Below, piece after piece: positions 38,183 to 48,009 of a DNA stretch of 64,000 nucleotides. The DNA is from Candidatus Dormiibacterota bacterium (GTDB lineage: Bacteria > Chloroflexota > Dormibacteria > Aeolococcales > Aeolococcaceae). The notes below the pieces were generated by a model that ran no database searches, was not told the origin of the DNA, and saw only the letters and a list, made by a program, of their open reading frames with translations. A program made the translations under genes and the position numbers. Each line of letters starts with the position of its first letter. Positions within the stretch are counted from its first letter, which is position 1. The stretch lies in NCBI GenBank assembly GCA_963709585.1, contig CAVPXI010000016.1, positions 1 through 64,000 on the forward strand. The letters are read 5' to 3'.

Positions 38183-39091
38183 CTACTGCTGTTGCTGCTG
38201 TTGCTGCCAGTGCACCGCGGCGTGATGCTCCACACGGTTGACCTGCTGGTTCGACATGCGAGTGATCCGCACCGTCACCTCGGGCGGCGCTCCCGTTGCC
38301 GCGCCGAAAAAAAGGCCGTGATGCGGTGCTACATCGCCGTAGTCACGACCGATCGCCAGCCGGAGGTGATGCGTCCCCACGTGCTGTCCCAGTGTCGGGT
38401 CGAGACCCAGCCAGCGACCATCAGCGCCGCAGATCTCGACCCACGCGTGTGATTGCCCCTCGGCCACCAGCTCGTCATCGACCGGTCCCAGGTAGCCGCT
38501 CACGTATCGCGCCGGCCACCCGGCCCCGCGAACCATTGCCAGGAACAGGTGCGTGAAGTCCTGGCACACCCCAGCGCCGCCTGCGAGGAGGTCGTCGATA
38601 CTCGATTCGACGGTGGTCGCTCCGCTCACGTAGCGCAACTCCCGCGGAATTCGCTGTGCCGTTGCCAGGACGCTGTCGAAGCTCGTGTCAGCGCCGTTCC
38701 ACTCATGCCACAGCGTGCGCGTGTTCTCGGCGAGGGGCACACGCGGGCTCGGGAGCACGAACTCGAGGCGGGGATCGCCGGCCAGCGCGTCCGGTTCCCA
38801 TGCCGCGAGGCGGCGCCGGCGTGGTTCGCCACTCTCGACAACGGCATCGACGGCGAGCTCCAGGCGGTTGTGCGGTATCGCAACGTCGAGGCGATGCACG
38901 AAATTGCCGAAGTAGTCGACCCGGCTCCTCGGCACCGCCCAGGGGGTGCTCAGCAGTGAGAACGCCAGCGTCCGCTGCGACCCGCGGTCGCGGGGCCGCA
39001 TGCGCACCTCGTTGTACGACAAGCTCACCTTCGCCGTATAGCGCAGCACGGTGCGGTGCGACACCGCGTAGGTCAGCGTGTCAATACCCAC
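38183..39091 (-). CDS. Transglutaminase-family protein (Bact_transglu_N + core) with polyQ tail
   Basis: SYNEVRMRP, DYFGN, GVCQDFTH, RYVSGY, HAWVE, DPT, GRDYGDV; ends WQQQQQQ; GTG start inferred. Confidence 0.88.
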   Translation of the reverse strand: MGIDTLTYAVSHRTVLRYTAKVSLSYNEVRMRPRDRGSQRTLAFSLLSTPWAVPRSRVDYFGNFVHRLDVAIPHNRLELAVDAVVESGEPRRRRLAAWEPDALAGDPRLEFVLPSPRVPLAENTRTLWHEWNGADTSFDSVLATAQRIPRELRYVSGATTVESSIDDLLAGGAGVCQDFTHLFLAMVRGAGWPARYVSGYLGPVDDELVAEGQSHAWVEICGADGRWLGLDPTLGQHVGTHHLRLAIGRDYGDVAPHHGLFFGAATGAPPEVTVRITRMSNQQVNRVEHHAAVHWQQQQQQQ

Positions 39092-40519
39092 GTGTCCTTG
39101 CTCCCACCGCCGTGAGACGAGTTCACCACGAGCTCCTCGGGATCCACGGCGACGCGGGTGAGCCCGCCGGGAACGATCCACGGCCGCTCGTCGAGCAGCA
39201 CGAACGGACGCAGGTCGACCGCGCGGGGCTCGAAACCGCCCCCCGCCCGCAGGCAGACGGCGCGGCTGAGGGCCACCTCTTCCTGCGCGAGCCATTGCCG
39301 GGGCTCAGCCTTGACACGATCGAGGAAGTCGGCGCGCTCGGCAGAGGACATGAGCCTGCCGAAGTGGATCCCGTAGCCCCCACTGGCATCCACCGGTTTC
39401 AGCACCATGGTGTCGATGTTGGCCACAACATGCGCCTGCTGCTGAGCGTCGGTGAGGTCGAAGGTGGGGACGTTGTCCATGAGCGGCTCCTCGCCGAGGT
39501 AGTAGCGGATCATCGCGGGAACGTACGGATAGATCACCTTGTCGTCGGCGACGCCGGTTCCCGGCGCGTTGGCGATGGCGACGTTGCCGCGGCGCCAGGC
39601 CTCGATCAGGCCCGGCGCTCCAAGCATCGAATCCCGGCGGAAGACGAGCGGATCGAGCCACTCACTGTTGACGCGCGAGTAGATCACATCGACGCGCTGG
39701 GTGGCACCCTCGGCGTCCCGACGGTAGACCTCGTCCTCAACCACGATGAGCTCGTGTCCCTCGACCAGCGTGGCATTCATCTCGTCAGCAAGCAGCCGGT
39801 GTTCGTAGTACGCGGCGTTATACGAGCCGGGAGTGAGCACCACGATGTCTGCGTCCCACTGTCTCGGGGCGATGCGCTGCAGGATGCGACGGAGCCGGCC
39901 GGTGTAGCCATGGATCGGTCGGACCGGCGCCAGCTCGAACCATTCCGGCGCCAGTGACTCCATCGCGCGCCGCGAACTCGAGGGCGTAGGCGATGCCGCT
40001 GGGGATGCGCACGTTGTCCTCGAGGACGTGGAACGTTCCCTTCACTCGGACCACGTCGATCCCCGAGACGTGACACCAGGTAGCGCGGGGAGGTCGGATG
40101 CCCACGATGTCGCGGAGGTAGCCGGTGCTGCTGTAGACGAGCCGTCCGGGCACCGCACCGTGACGGATCGCCCGCTGAGCGCCGTAGCAGTCCGACACGA
40201 ACAGGTCGAGCGCCATGGCCCGCTGCGACAGCGCTCGGCTCAGCGCCCGCCATTCGCCGGAGGAGAGAACGCGCGGCACCGGGTCGAAGGGAAAGATCGG
40301 CGCCACTCCCTCGGTGGGGACGCCGAAGGTGACCCCCCGATCGGCGAACCACTGCTGCGCATCGCGGCGGATCCGGGGCAGGCTACCGGCGGCGCGCTCG
40401 AGGGTGGCGAGCAACTCGGAATAGGGAGGCCGGACCACCCCGTCGAGGTCGACGCATTCGTCGGCAGCCCGCGGCAGTCCGTGGGCAACCCCCCGGTCGG
40501 TCCCGGCCTCGATCGTCAT
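39073..40519 (-). CDS. Circularly permuted type-2 ATP-grasp protein; apparent +1 frameshift at ~39975
   Basis: GVTF, PFDPVPR, LEDNVRIPSG in one frame; LTPG.YNAAYYEH, NAPGTGVADDK, KPVDASGGYG, PGGLTRVA, VNSSHGGGSKDTWV in the next. Confidence 0.88.
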
Positions 40520-40631
40520 CCACGGACAGTACTCCCCGCATCCCGCAGATCGTCATTGGTCACGGTGCACAAGGAGTGGCGACAGCGATTGTGCAGTCAG
40601 ATCGGTTCACACGCGCCGAATCAGCGGTACA

Positions 40632-41528
40632 GTGAGGATCGTGATCGACGCCCCCACGAGCGGTCGGCGACTTCGTGTGGGTTGTGAATTTCTCCATGAC
40701 CTGGACTGGCCGGTCAGCTTCGTTCTCCAGGTGGAGCCGCGCCGGGACGCCGTGCGCGCCTTGAGCAGCGCCGGTGTCGAAACCTGGCCGCAGGTGGATG
40801 TCCACGAGTACACGGATATGTACGGCAATACGTGCGAGCGGTTCGTCCTCGGCCCCGGGAGCGCGCGTATCCGGTACGAGGCCGAGGTCGAGGTCGATGC
40901 CGGAATCGACGAGGTCGACGAGCTGGCGGCTCAGGATGTGGTCGCCGACCTGCCCGACGCGACGCTGCACTTCACGTTGGCAAGTCGCTACTGCGAGTCC
41001 GACAAGCTCGGCAACACGGCGTGGCGGCTGTTCGGTGACACGGCGCCCGGATGGCAGCGCGTGCAGGCGGTCGTCGACTGGGTGCACGACAACGTCACCT
41101 TTCGACACGGGAGCAGCGGACCTTCAACCGGCGCGACCGACGTCTACCTCCAGCGAGAAGGTGTCTGCCGCGACTTCGCCCATCTCGCCGTGACCTTCCT
41201 GCGAGGGCTGAACATCCCGGCGCGCTACTGCTTCGGCTATCTGCCCGACATCGACGTTCCGCTGCCCGATGAGCCCATGGACTTCGCGGCCTGGCTCGAG
41301 GCCTACGTGGGCGGCCGCTGGTACTCCTTCGATCCGCGTAACAACGCCAGGCGCACTGGCCGGGTGCTCATCGGACGCGGCCGCGACGCGCTCGATATTG
41401 CGATGATGACCCACTACGGCGCGGCCCCTCTGCGTGCGATGCGCGTCGTGGCCGAGCCGATCGAGGCTCGGCCATGGTCGAGTGCGAGCCCCGCGGTGGT
41501 CGGCGAATTCTCCGGTGAGCTTCAGTGA
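40632..41528 (+). CDS. Transglutaminase-family protein
   Basis: SRYCESD, GVCRDFAH, PARYCFGYL, MDFAAW, GRGRDALD. Confidence 0.9.
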   Translation: MRIVIDAPTSGRRLRVGCEFLHDLDWPVSFVLQVEPRRDAVRALSSAGVETWPQVDVHEYTDMYGNTCERFVLGPGSARIRYEAEVEVDAGIDEVDELAAQDVVADLPDATLHFTLASRYCESDKLGNTAWRLFGDTAPGWQRVQAVVDWVHDNVTFRHGSSGPSTGATDVYLQREGVCRDFAHLAVTFLRGLNIPARYCFGYLPDIDVPLPDEPMDFAAWLEAYVGGRWYSFDPRNNARRTGRVLIGRGRDALDIAMMTHYGAAPLRAMRVVAEPIEARPWSSASPAVVGEFSGELQ

Positions 41529-42475
41529 CTGTGCGGCCGGAGCCGTCGCTCGTGGACGCACAACGGACCTGGTCCTCGGATCCGCCGGCGTGGGACTGGA
41601 GCCGGGTGCAGCGAACCCGGTACCGAATTCAACAGCGCATCACGTACCGATATGACGGTCCCGTGCAATCGCTGCAGCAGCGACTCGTCGTCCAACCGCG
41701 GAGCGTGCACGGTGATCAGCGACGGATCAGTCGCCGCCTCAGTGTCCTGAATGCGATTCCTCGACGGATCGATGCGAGCGTGGACGTGTTCGGGAATACG
41801 GTCGTGACGTTGATCATTCCTCGGGTGGAGGAGGAGGTCACCTTCGTCACCTCGAGCGTTGTCGAGCGCGACGCGCAGCATGGTCCGCACCTGGAGCCGG
41901 CCGCGATGCTCGACGACCGCCGCCTGCTCGACGCCACGATGCTCACCGGCGCGGATCCCGCGATCGAGCTGCTCGCCGAGGAGCTGCGCACCAGCGGTCT
42001 GACCGGCGGCGCGCTCGCATCGGCCGCGAACGAATGCGTCCACAACCTCATGACCTACGAGCACGGCGCGACGTCGGTCGCCACCACGGCGGCCGAGGCC
42101 CTTGCCCGTCGTGCCGGCGTGTGCCAGGACTACGCGCATCTGCTGCTGGCGTTGACCCGCCGTCTCGGACTGGCGTCCAGGTACGTCTCGGGGCAGATGC
42201 TCGGATTCGGTGGGTCTCACGCCTGGGTCGAAGTCCTCGTGCCCGACGGCGCCGGCCGCGCTCGGGTGCTTTCGCTCGATCCCACGCACGGTCGTGCTAC
42301 GGGATACCAATACATCACGGTCGCCGTGGGTCGCGACTATGCGGACGTCGCACCGCTCTCCGGAACCTATCGCGCCCCATTCGCTGGATCGCTCATCACG
42401 ACCAAACGAGTGGTCATGACCGCGCTCGGCCCGAACGATTACGCCGACGCCACCGATGTACGCGCCGTCGCCTGA
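41525..42475 (+). CDS. Transglutaminase-family protein
   Basis: DVFGN, GVCQDYAH, RYVSG, SHAWVE, DPTH, GRDYADV; GTGA overlap with previous gene. Confidence 0.9.
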   Translation: MTVRPEPSLVDAQRTWSSDPPAWDWSRVQRTRYRIQQRITYRYDGPVQSLQQRLVVQPRSVHGDQRRISRRLSVLNAIPRRIDASVDVFGNTVVTLIIPRVEEEVTFVTSSVVERDAQHGPHLEPAAMLDDRRLLDATMLTGADPAIELLAEELRTSGLTGGALASAANECVHNLMTYEHGATSVATTAAEALARRAGVCQDYAHLLLALTRRLGLASRYVSGQMLGFGGSHAWVEVLVPDGAGRARVLSLDPTHGRATGYQYITVAVGRDYADVAPLSGTYRAPFAGSLITTKRVVMTALGPNDYADATDVRAVA

Positions 42476-42502
42476 GCCCGTGCGCCCCCTCGCACTCGGG
42501 GC

Positions 42503-42829
42503 TTAGTCGCTCACCAGCTCGTAATAGGGATTCAGGATGGCGAGCTGGCGGCGCCAGAGTCCTACCATCCCTTCGACAAGCACGCTCGCGCCCAACTCGA
42601 TCCCCGGGATGCGCCGCCGCCCTGGAAAGACGAGGAGCAGACTCCCGGCCTCATCGCCGATCTCGCAGCCGAGGCTCGACCCCGTCTCCGTCTCCTGGAC
42701 CTTCAGGGCCCGGACCGTGCCGGTCGCCCGGATTCGGTTGCGCCACCTGGCCTGATTGATCGGCGCCGTCGCCGGCTCGGCCGGATCGGGTTCGCTGTCA
42801 TCCCACTCGGCAATCGCGCTCAGGGCCAT
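42503..42829 (-). CDS. OB-fold nucleic-acid-binding domain protein
   Basis: L.CEIGD..G..LVF.GRRRIPGI..G....VEG...ILNPYYELV. Confidence 0.75.
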   Translation of the reverse strand: MALSAIAEWDDSEPDPAEPATAPINQARWRNRIRATGTVRALKVQETETGSSLGCEIGDEAGSLLLVFPGRRRIPGIELGASVLVEGMVGLWRRQLAILNPYYELVSD

Positions 42830-42963
42830 GTCAGTCGCTCCAGTGTCGATGTCGGGGAAGGCTGCGTACATGAGTGCCACCGTCAGTAACTGTGTCAGAT
42901 GCCATGGGGAGAAACTTCGTCCTTCGTGCACACATCTGCTTCACGACCGCTGTGCATCCGGCA

Positions 42964-44454
42964 TCAACTGGCGATCGGCTCGACGGTCGCGAGCTCCGGA
43001 AGAGACGGCTCGTTCTCGTTCTCGTTGTCGATCCGCGCGACATCACCACGGCGAACGGTGGTCACCAGGATCGCCGCGCCGGCCAGCATCAGAAAGGCGC
43101 CGACGAGGAACGCGACATGAAAGCCGGTGACCAGTGCGCTGACCCCGTCAGCCGGACTGGGCGAGTGACCGAGTCCCGCGAGGGTGCTCGCCGTGCTGTT
43201 CGCCGCAAGCGTCGACAGCACCGCCAAACCGATCGCCCCGCCGAGCTGCTGGGCCGTGTTGAGCAACCCCGATGCAAGCCCAGCATCCTCCGGGCCGACG
43301 TTGGTGGTCGCGATCAGCGTGATCGGCACGAAGGTGAGCCCCATGCCCACCGCCATGATCATGAGCCCAGGCAGCAGATCACCCAGATACGTTCCCGCCA
43401 CGGGGATTCTGCTCAGGAGGATGAGTCCGACTGCCGCGATAGACATGCCGGTGAGCCCCACCGCGCGAACTCCAACCCGGCGGATCAACTGCTGTGACAG
43501 TCCGGCGCCCGCGATGATGCCCGCTGTGACCGGGAGAAAGGCGAGCCCGGCACGCAGCGCGCTGTAACCGAGCACCTCCTGCACGTAGATCGAAGCGAAA
43601 TAGAACAGCGCGAACATGCCGCCGGCGACGAGCAACATCGCGGCGTTGGCTCCGGTGATGGAGCGCATCCGGAAGATGCCGAGCCGGATCAGCGGATGGC
43701 GGAGCCGCGATTCCAGCACCACGAACGTTCCGAGCAGGGCTGCGGCGAGGGCGCTGAGTCCCAACGTCTCAACGGACACCCACCCGGCTGTCTGGGCGTT
43801 GACGAGCGCATACACCAACACCACCAGCCCGGCGGTCACCGACACCGCACCAGCGATGTCGACACCGCCGCGGGCGTTCTCGACCCGGCTCTCGGGCACG
43901 AATCGCAGGGCCAGCGCGATGGCGACCACGCCGACCGGAACGTTCACGAAGAAGATCCACTGCCAGGAGAGCAGGCTGGTGAGCACGCCACCGAGCAGGA
44001 GGCCGACCGCCCCGCCGCCCACCGCGACCGCGCTCCACACCCCAAGCGCGGTCGTCCGCTCCCGGCCCTCGGCAAACGTCGTGGTCAGCACTGAGAGGGC
44101 CGCCGGCGTGACCAGCGCACCGCCCAGGCCTTGGAGAGCACGCCCGGCCACGAGGATCCCGGCGGAACCCGCGAGCCCGTTCATCAGCGAGGCGGCGGAG
44201 AACAGGACGATCCCAAGAAGGAACAGGCGGCGGCGACCGAGCAGGTCGGCGGCGCGACCGCCGAGCATCAGAAATCCACCGAACGCGAGCGTGTAGGCAT
44301 TCACGATCCATTGCAGGCTCGACGGCGAGAAGTGAAGCCCCCGCTGAATCGAGGGGAGCGCGACGTTCACGATGGTGGCGTCGAGGATCACCATGAACTG
44401 GGCCAGGCCGACGATGACGAGGACGAGCCAGGGGTTGACGCGTCGTGGTTGCAT
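42964..44454 (-). CDS. MFS drug-efflux transporter (DHA2)
   Basis: LDATIVNVALPSIQ, GRAADLLGRRR, WIFFVNVPVG. Confidence 0.92.
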   Translation of the reverse strand: MQPRRVNPWLVLVIVGLAQFMVILDATIVNVALPSIQRGLHFSPSSLQWIVNAYTLAFGGFLMLGGRAADLLGRRRLFLLGIVLFSAASLMNGLAGSAGILVAGRALQGLGGALVTPAALSVLTTTFAEGRERTTALGVWSAVAVGGGAVGLLLGGVLTSLLSWQWIFFVNVPVGVVAIALALRFVPESRVENARGGVDIAGAVSVTAGLVVLVYALVNAQTAGWVSVETLGLSALAAALLGTFVVLESRLRHPLIRLGIFRMRSITGANAAMLLVAGGMFALFYFASIYVQEVLGYSALRAGLAFLPVTAGIIAGAGLSQQLIRRVGVRAVGLTGMSIAAVGLILLSRIPVAGTYLGDLLPGLMIMAVGMGLTFVPITLIATTNVGPEDAGLASGLLNTAQQLGGAIGLAVLSTLAANSTASTLAGLGHSPSPADGVSALVTGFHVAFLVGAFLMLAGAAILVTTVRRGDVARIDNENENEPSLPELATVEPIAS

Positions 44455-44482
44455 GGCTTTCGTCCTCCGTTTGCGGTAGAAT

Positions 44483-44538
44483 CGGAGCGTGGGCTCCGGT
44501 TATGGGGTACTATACGGAACGATGGTTCCGTTTGTCAA
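44483..44538. promoter_or_regulatory. TetR-type operator pair overlapping the MFS promoter
   Basis: Palindromes ACGGAAC-gatg-GTTCCGT 44514-44531 and CGGAGC-gtgg-GCTCCG 44483-44498; minus-strand TTGACA-N18-TATAGT spans the first. Confidence 0.75.
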
Positions 44539-44556
44539 CCGTAGTCAGGACGACCG

Positions 44557-45225
44557 ATGAGCATGGGGATGACCGGGGGAGAGGAGCTCGAGGCCGAGCC
44601 TCGTGCAACTGAACGGCACCTGCGCGCCGATGCGCAGCGCAACCGGGAGCGCATCCTGGAGGCGGCCACCACCTTGATGGCCACCCAAGGCATTGACGTC
44701 CCCATCGACGAGATCGCCCGGCTTGCTCAGGTCGGCGTCGGCACCCTGTATCGCAACTTCCCGACCAAGGGAGCGCTGTTCGAGGCGCTGCTCATGGCTC
44801 GGATCAGCCCGCTCGTCGCCGCGGCTCGGTCAGCCGCGGACTCGGATGACCCCGGCGACGCCTTCGTCACCTTCGTCCGCGAGTTGTGCGACGAATTCGC
44901 GGACTTCAAGGCGCTCGCCGACGCGATGGCCGCGTCGGGCGTCGATCTCACCGCCACCAAGCACGAGATCTCGGGCGATCTGATCGCCGCTGTCTCAACG
45001 CTCCTCCAGCGGGCTCAGGAGGCCGGGCGGATCCGGCCCGACGTGAACATCACGGATGTTTCAGCGATGATGGCCGGTCTCAGTCACGCCGATCCGTCGT
45101 TCATGGATCCATCGCAGCGGAAGCGCTGTGTGGCGCTGGTCTGCGACTCGCTCCTCGTCGATGCGCGCAGCGTGCTGCCGCACTGCGGACTGGCGGCGTC
45201 CTCGCCGCATCCCACCGCGCGCTGA
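44557..45225 (+). CDS. TetR/AcrR-family regulator
   Basis: LRADAQRNRERIL, IARLAQVGVGTLYRNFPTK; divergent from MFS. Confidence 0.92.
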   Translation: MSMGMTGGEELEAEPRATERHLRADAQRNRERILEAATTLMATQGIDVPIDEIARLAQVGVGTLYRNFPTKGALFEALLMARISPLVAAARSAADSDDPGDAFVTFVRELCDEFADFKALADAMAASGVDLTATKHEISGDLIAAVSTLLQRAQEAGRIRPDVNITDVSAMMAGLSHADPSFMDPSQRKRCVALVCDSLLVDARSVLPHCGLAASSPHPTAR

Positions 45226-45236
45226 CTCGGACCGCT

Positions 45237-45464
45237 TCAGGACTGGGGATCACTCCGTCTGAGCTCCCAGGCGAGACGGTCGATGGCACGATGCTTGCCG
45301 ATCGGGATCTGCAGGGATCGGTACCCGCCGGCCGACCGAACCTTGATGTCGATGAGCCATGTGCCGCGTTCCCCGCGCGAGAGCAACACATCGTCGGCTC
45401 GCATCACTGCTTGTCCGGTTGGGGGCGCTTCGACGACCGCTCGCGGTGTGCGGCGTTTCGCCAT
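45237..45464 (-). CDS. Small hypothetical protein (75 aa) at the end of the glp operon
   Basis: ATG 2 nt after glpC stop; MAKRRTPR...WLIDIKVR...LAWELRR. Confidence 0.5.
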   Translation of the reverse strand: MAKRRTPRAVVEAPPTGQAVMRADDVLLSRGERGTWLIDIKVRSAGGYRSLQIPIGKHRAIDRLAWELRRSDPQS

Positions 45465-45466
45465 GA

Positions 45467-46729
45467 TCACCCGGCCACGCGTACGGACCCTGTCTCGGCG
45501 GTGACCAGGGCGGCCTGATTCCCACGGTCGAGCCCATACGCGCGATAGAGCAGCTCGACCGGATGCACCGCGGTCACACCGGTGCCGTGCGCGATCTGCC
45601 AGCGGCATGTCTCGCTGTCGCAGGCGGCAAGCTCGGATCCGCTGGCAGTGATGTCGTCGAAGAGCCGTTTGCCGACCGTCATCGAGATCTCGTACTTCTC
45701 CTTCTTGAGCCCATAGGTCCCGGCGATACCGCAGCAGTCGGCATCGAGCTCGATCATGTGGAGGTCCGGGACGAGCGCAAGCAGATCGAGCGCAGGCTTG
45801 CCGATACCATGGCCTCGCTGTTGACATGGCGCGTGGTAGGGGACCGTCAGGGGCAGCGATCCGAAGTCGGTGCGCAATGCTCCGCGCTCGTGGAGACCGA
45901 GGAGGAATTCGCAGAGGTCGTACATCAACTCGCTGACGACCTTGAGATCGTCGTCCTCGATACCCAGGATCTCGTGGGCCTCGCGCTTCACCATCAGCCC
46001 GCAGCTCGTCGAGTTCGCGACGATCGGCAGTCCCGCGCGCGCTTGCGGGGCGAGACGAGCGACCAGGCGTCGCACGTAGGCGCGCGCCGCCGGGAAGTTT
46101 CCGTTCGACTGGAGGGGAAGGCCGCAGCAGTCCTGCCGCGGGACGATCACCCGAAACCCGTTGTGTTCCAGGACGGCGACGACCATCTCGCCGAGGCGCG
46201 GTTCGTAGTAGTTGGTCCCGCAGCCGTGGAAATAAACGACCGCGGGCGCTTCGGGCGGGCCGTGATGACCGCGTGACCGCGTCTGAAACGTCCTCCCCGC
46301 GAAGCTCGGCATCGGAGCGTCGCGGTGGATGCCGACGACGCTCTGCACCATCGCGCGGACGGCGCGATTGTGCAGCGCCCAGTTTGCCAGCGGGGCAACC
46401 GGGGTCCCCAGCCGTCCGATCACCGTTGGGCGGGCGATCAGCTGATTGCGGAGTGGAATGCCCCGCTTTTCCCACAGTTTCGCTCGCGCACGCGAGTTGA
46501 TCTCCGCGATCTTCACGTCCTGGGGGCAGACCTGCGTGCAGATCCCGCACCCCGAGCAGTAGTCGACGGAGGCATCGGACGATGGTCCGGCGCCTCGATA
46601 CCGCTCCGCCTGGGGACCGACGTACTTCGGCCCCGGGAACAGTGGCGTGGCCTGGGAAACCGGGCAGTACGTCTCGCAGATCGTGCATTTGACGCAGTGA
46701 TCGAGCGAATCGCGGATGAGATCGTTCAC
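45467..46729 (-). CDS. glpC: Anaerobic glycerol-3-phosphate dehydrogenase subunit C
   Basis: CVKCTICETYCP, CSGCGICTQVCP, YFHGC, two CCG domains. Confidence 0.93.
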   Translation of the reverse strand: MNDLIRDSLDHCVKCTICETYCPVSQATPLFPGPKYVGPQAERYRGAGPSSDASVDYCSGCGICTQVCPQDVKIAEINSRARAKLWEKRGIPLRNQLIARPTVIGRLGTPVAPLANWALHNRAVRAMVQSVVGIHRDAPMPSFAGRTFQTRSRGHHGPPEAPAVVYFHGCGTNYYEPRLGEMVVAVLEHNGFRVIVPRQDCCGLPLQSNGNFPAARAYVRRLVARLAPQARAGLPIVANSTSCGLMVKREAHEILGIEDDDLKVVSELMYDLCEFLLGLHERGALRTDFGSLPLTVPYHAPCQQRGHGIGKPALDLLALVPDLHMIELDADCCGIAGTYGLKKEKYEISMTVGKRLFDDITASGSELAACDSETCRWQIAHGTGVTAVHPVELLYRAYGLDRGNQAALVTAETGSVRVAG

Positions 46730-48009
46730 CGAACCGCACCCGAGACGGCATGCGATTGGGGCGCGAGGATGGCTTCCGCGGCGGCATACCCGGTGGCGAC
46801 GCTGATCCCGGTGCCCGACTTCTCCCGCCATGGAACCGCCCCGCCGAGAATCGCACCGACCGCGTACAGGTTGGTGTAGACGGGGTCCCCGCTGCGGTCG
46901 ATCGGCCGCATGCGGTCGTCCGTGGCCACGCCGGCTTGAGCAAGCGGTTGCGCGTCGAAGTACCCCGGGGCGAAGCGGACACGAACGCCTTCCGGGACGC
47001 CGATCAGGGGAAGGTCGAACACCGTCTCACGCGTCGCTCCAAATGAATCGAGCTCCAGACCGCCACTCGCGAATCCTCCGGAGGCGAGCACGACAGACCC
47101 TGTGGAATGCGACGTCGTGCCGTTGGCGTTGGCCACTGAAACCGCCCCGATGCGTCCGTTGTCCGCGCGGGCGCCGACGGCGCGGACACCCAGCACGATG
47201 CGAGTACCGCCGGCCCGGAGTGCGTCGGTCAGCGCGTCTGATAGGCGGATACCGGGTATCGACGGTGGCAATGTCGGGACCTCGAATACCTTTCGATCCA
47301 GTCGCTTCTCGAGCTCCTGCCATGTCTCCTCGGCCCTGCGCAGTCCGAGCACCGCCGGCACGCCGATGCGCTCGTCCGGATCGACTCGATGCTCGAGTGC
47401 GGCGACCAGCCAGTCGCTCAGGTTTTCGGTGTCGAAGCGTCCGGCGAGGACGCGGGCGCTGAGGTCCCCGCTGCGTCCTCCGGGGGGTTGGAGTTCAAGC
47501 GCGCGAGCGGTGATCTGCACGGGAAGGCGAGCCCGGATCACGTTGGCGGCGATCAGCGTGGGGTGGAAGTCCTTGAAACCCCTGAACGCGACGAACACGA
47601 AGCGACCTCCGGCGCGGAGGTCGCCGTTGGACATGGTTCGTGGCGCAAGTGCCGACGGCTTGGCCACGCCGAGCGCGGTTGGCAGCAGCATGTTCTCGGC
47701 GAGTGTGCCCACGTAGCCCGACGCGCCTGCGCGCGCGCCGAACCACGCCAACGCGGTCGCAAGCTGTTCAGCCGAGACGTGTCTGTAGGGATGATCGGGC
47801 GAGCTTGCGAGCAGCGCCGGCAGCGACGCGACCGGACTCTCGACCCGCGCATCGCCGAGATAGCCGAGCACGTCGACCGTCGCCGGAGCGAGATGAGTCG
47901 CACCCACTCCTCGGGCGACGATCAGCACGCGCTGTCCCTGCTCGGTGAGCCGGAGCGCGGTCGTCAGCCCAGCGAGGCCGGTGCCGATGACGACCGTGTC
48001 GTAGCTCAT
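46726..48009 (-). CDS. glpB: Anaerobic glycerol-3-phosphate dehydrogenase subunit B
   Basis: GTGLAG FAD motif, EVPTLPPSIPGIRL, LASGGF..GGL. Confidence 0.92.
   Translation of the reverse strand: MSYDTVVIGTGLAGLTTALRLTEQGQRVLIVARGVGATHLAPATVDVLGYLGDARVESPVASLPALLASSPDHPYRHVSAEQLATALAWFGARAGASGYVGTLAENMLLPTALGVAKPSALAPRTMSNGDLRAGGRFVFVAFRGFKDFHPTLIAANVIRARLPVQITARALELQPPGGRSGDLSARVLAGRFDTENLSDWLVAALEHRVDPDERIGVPAVLGLRRAEETWQELEKRLDRKVFEVPTLPPSIPGIRLSDALTDALRAGGTRIVLGVRAVGARADNGRIGAVSVANANGTTSHSTGSVVLASGGFASGGLELDSFGATRETVFDLPLIGVPEGVRVRFAPGYFDAQPLAQAGVATDDRMRPIDRSGDPVYTNLYAVGAILGGAVPWREKSGTGISVATGYAAAEAILAPQSHAVSGAVR

Noticed and set aside
38186-38209. CTG/TTG trinucleotide repeat as a VNTR or contingency locus
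   Set aside because: Mixed CAG/CAA codons encode the TG1 polyQ tail; it is not a pure slippage tract.
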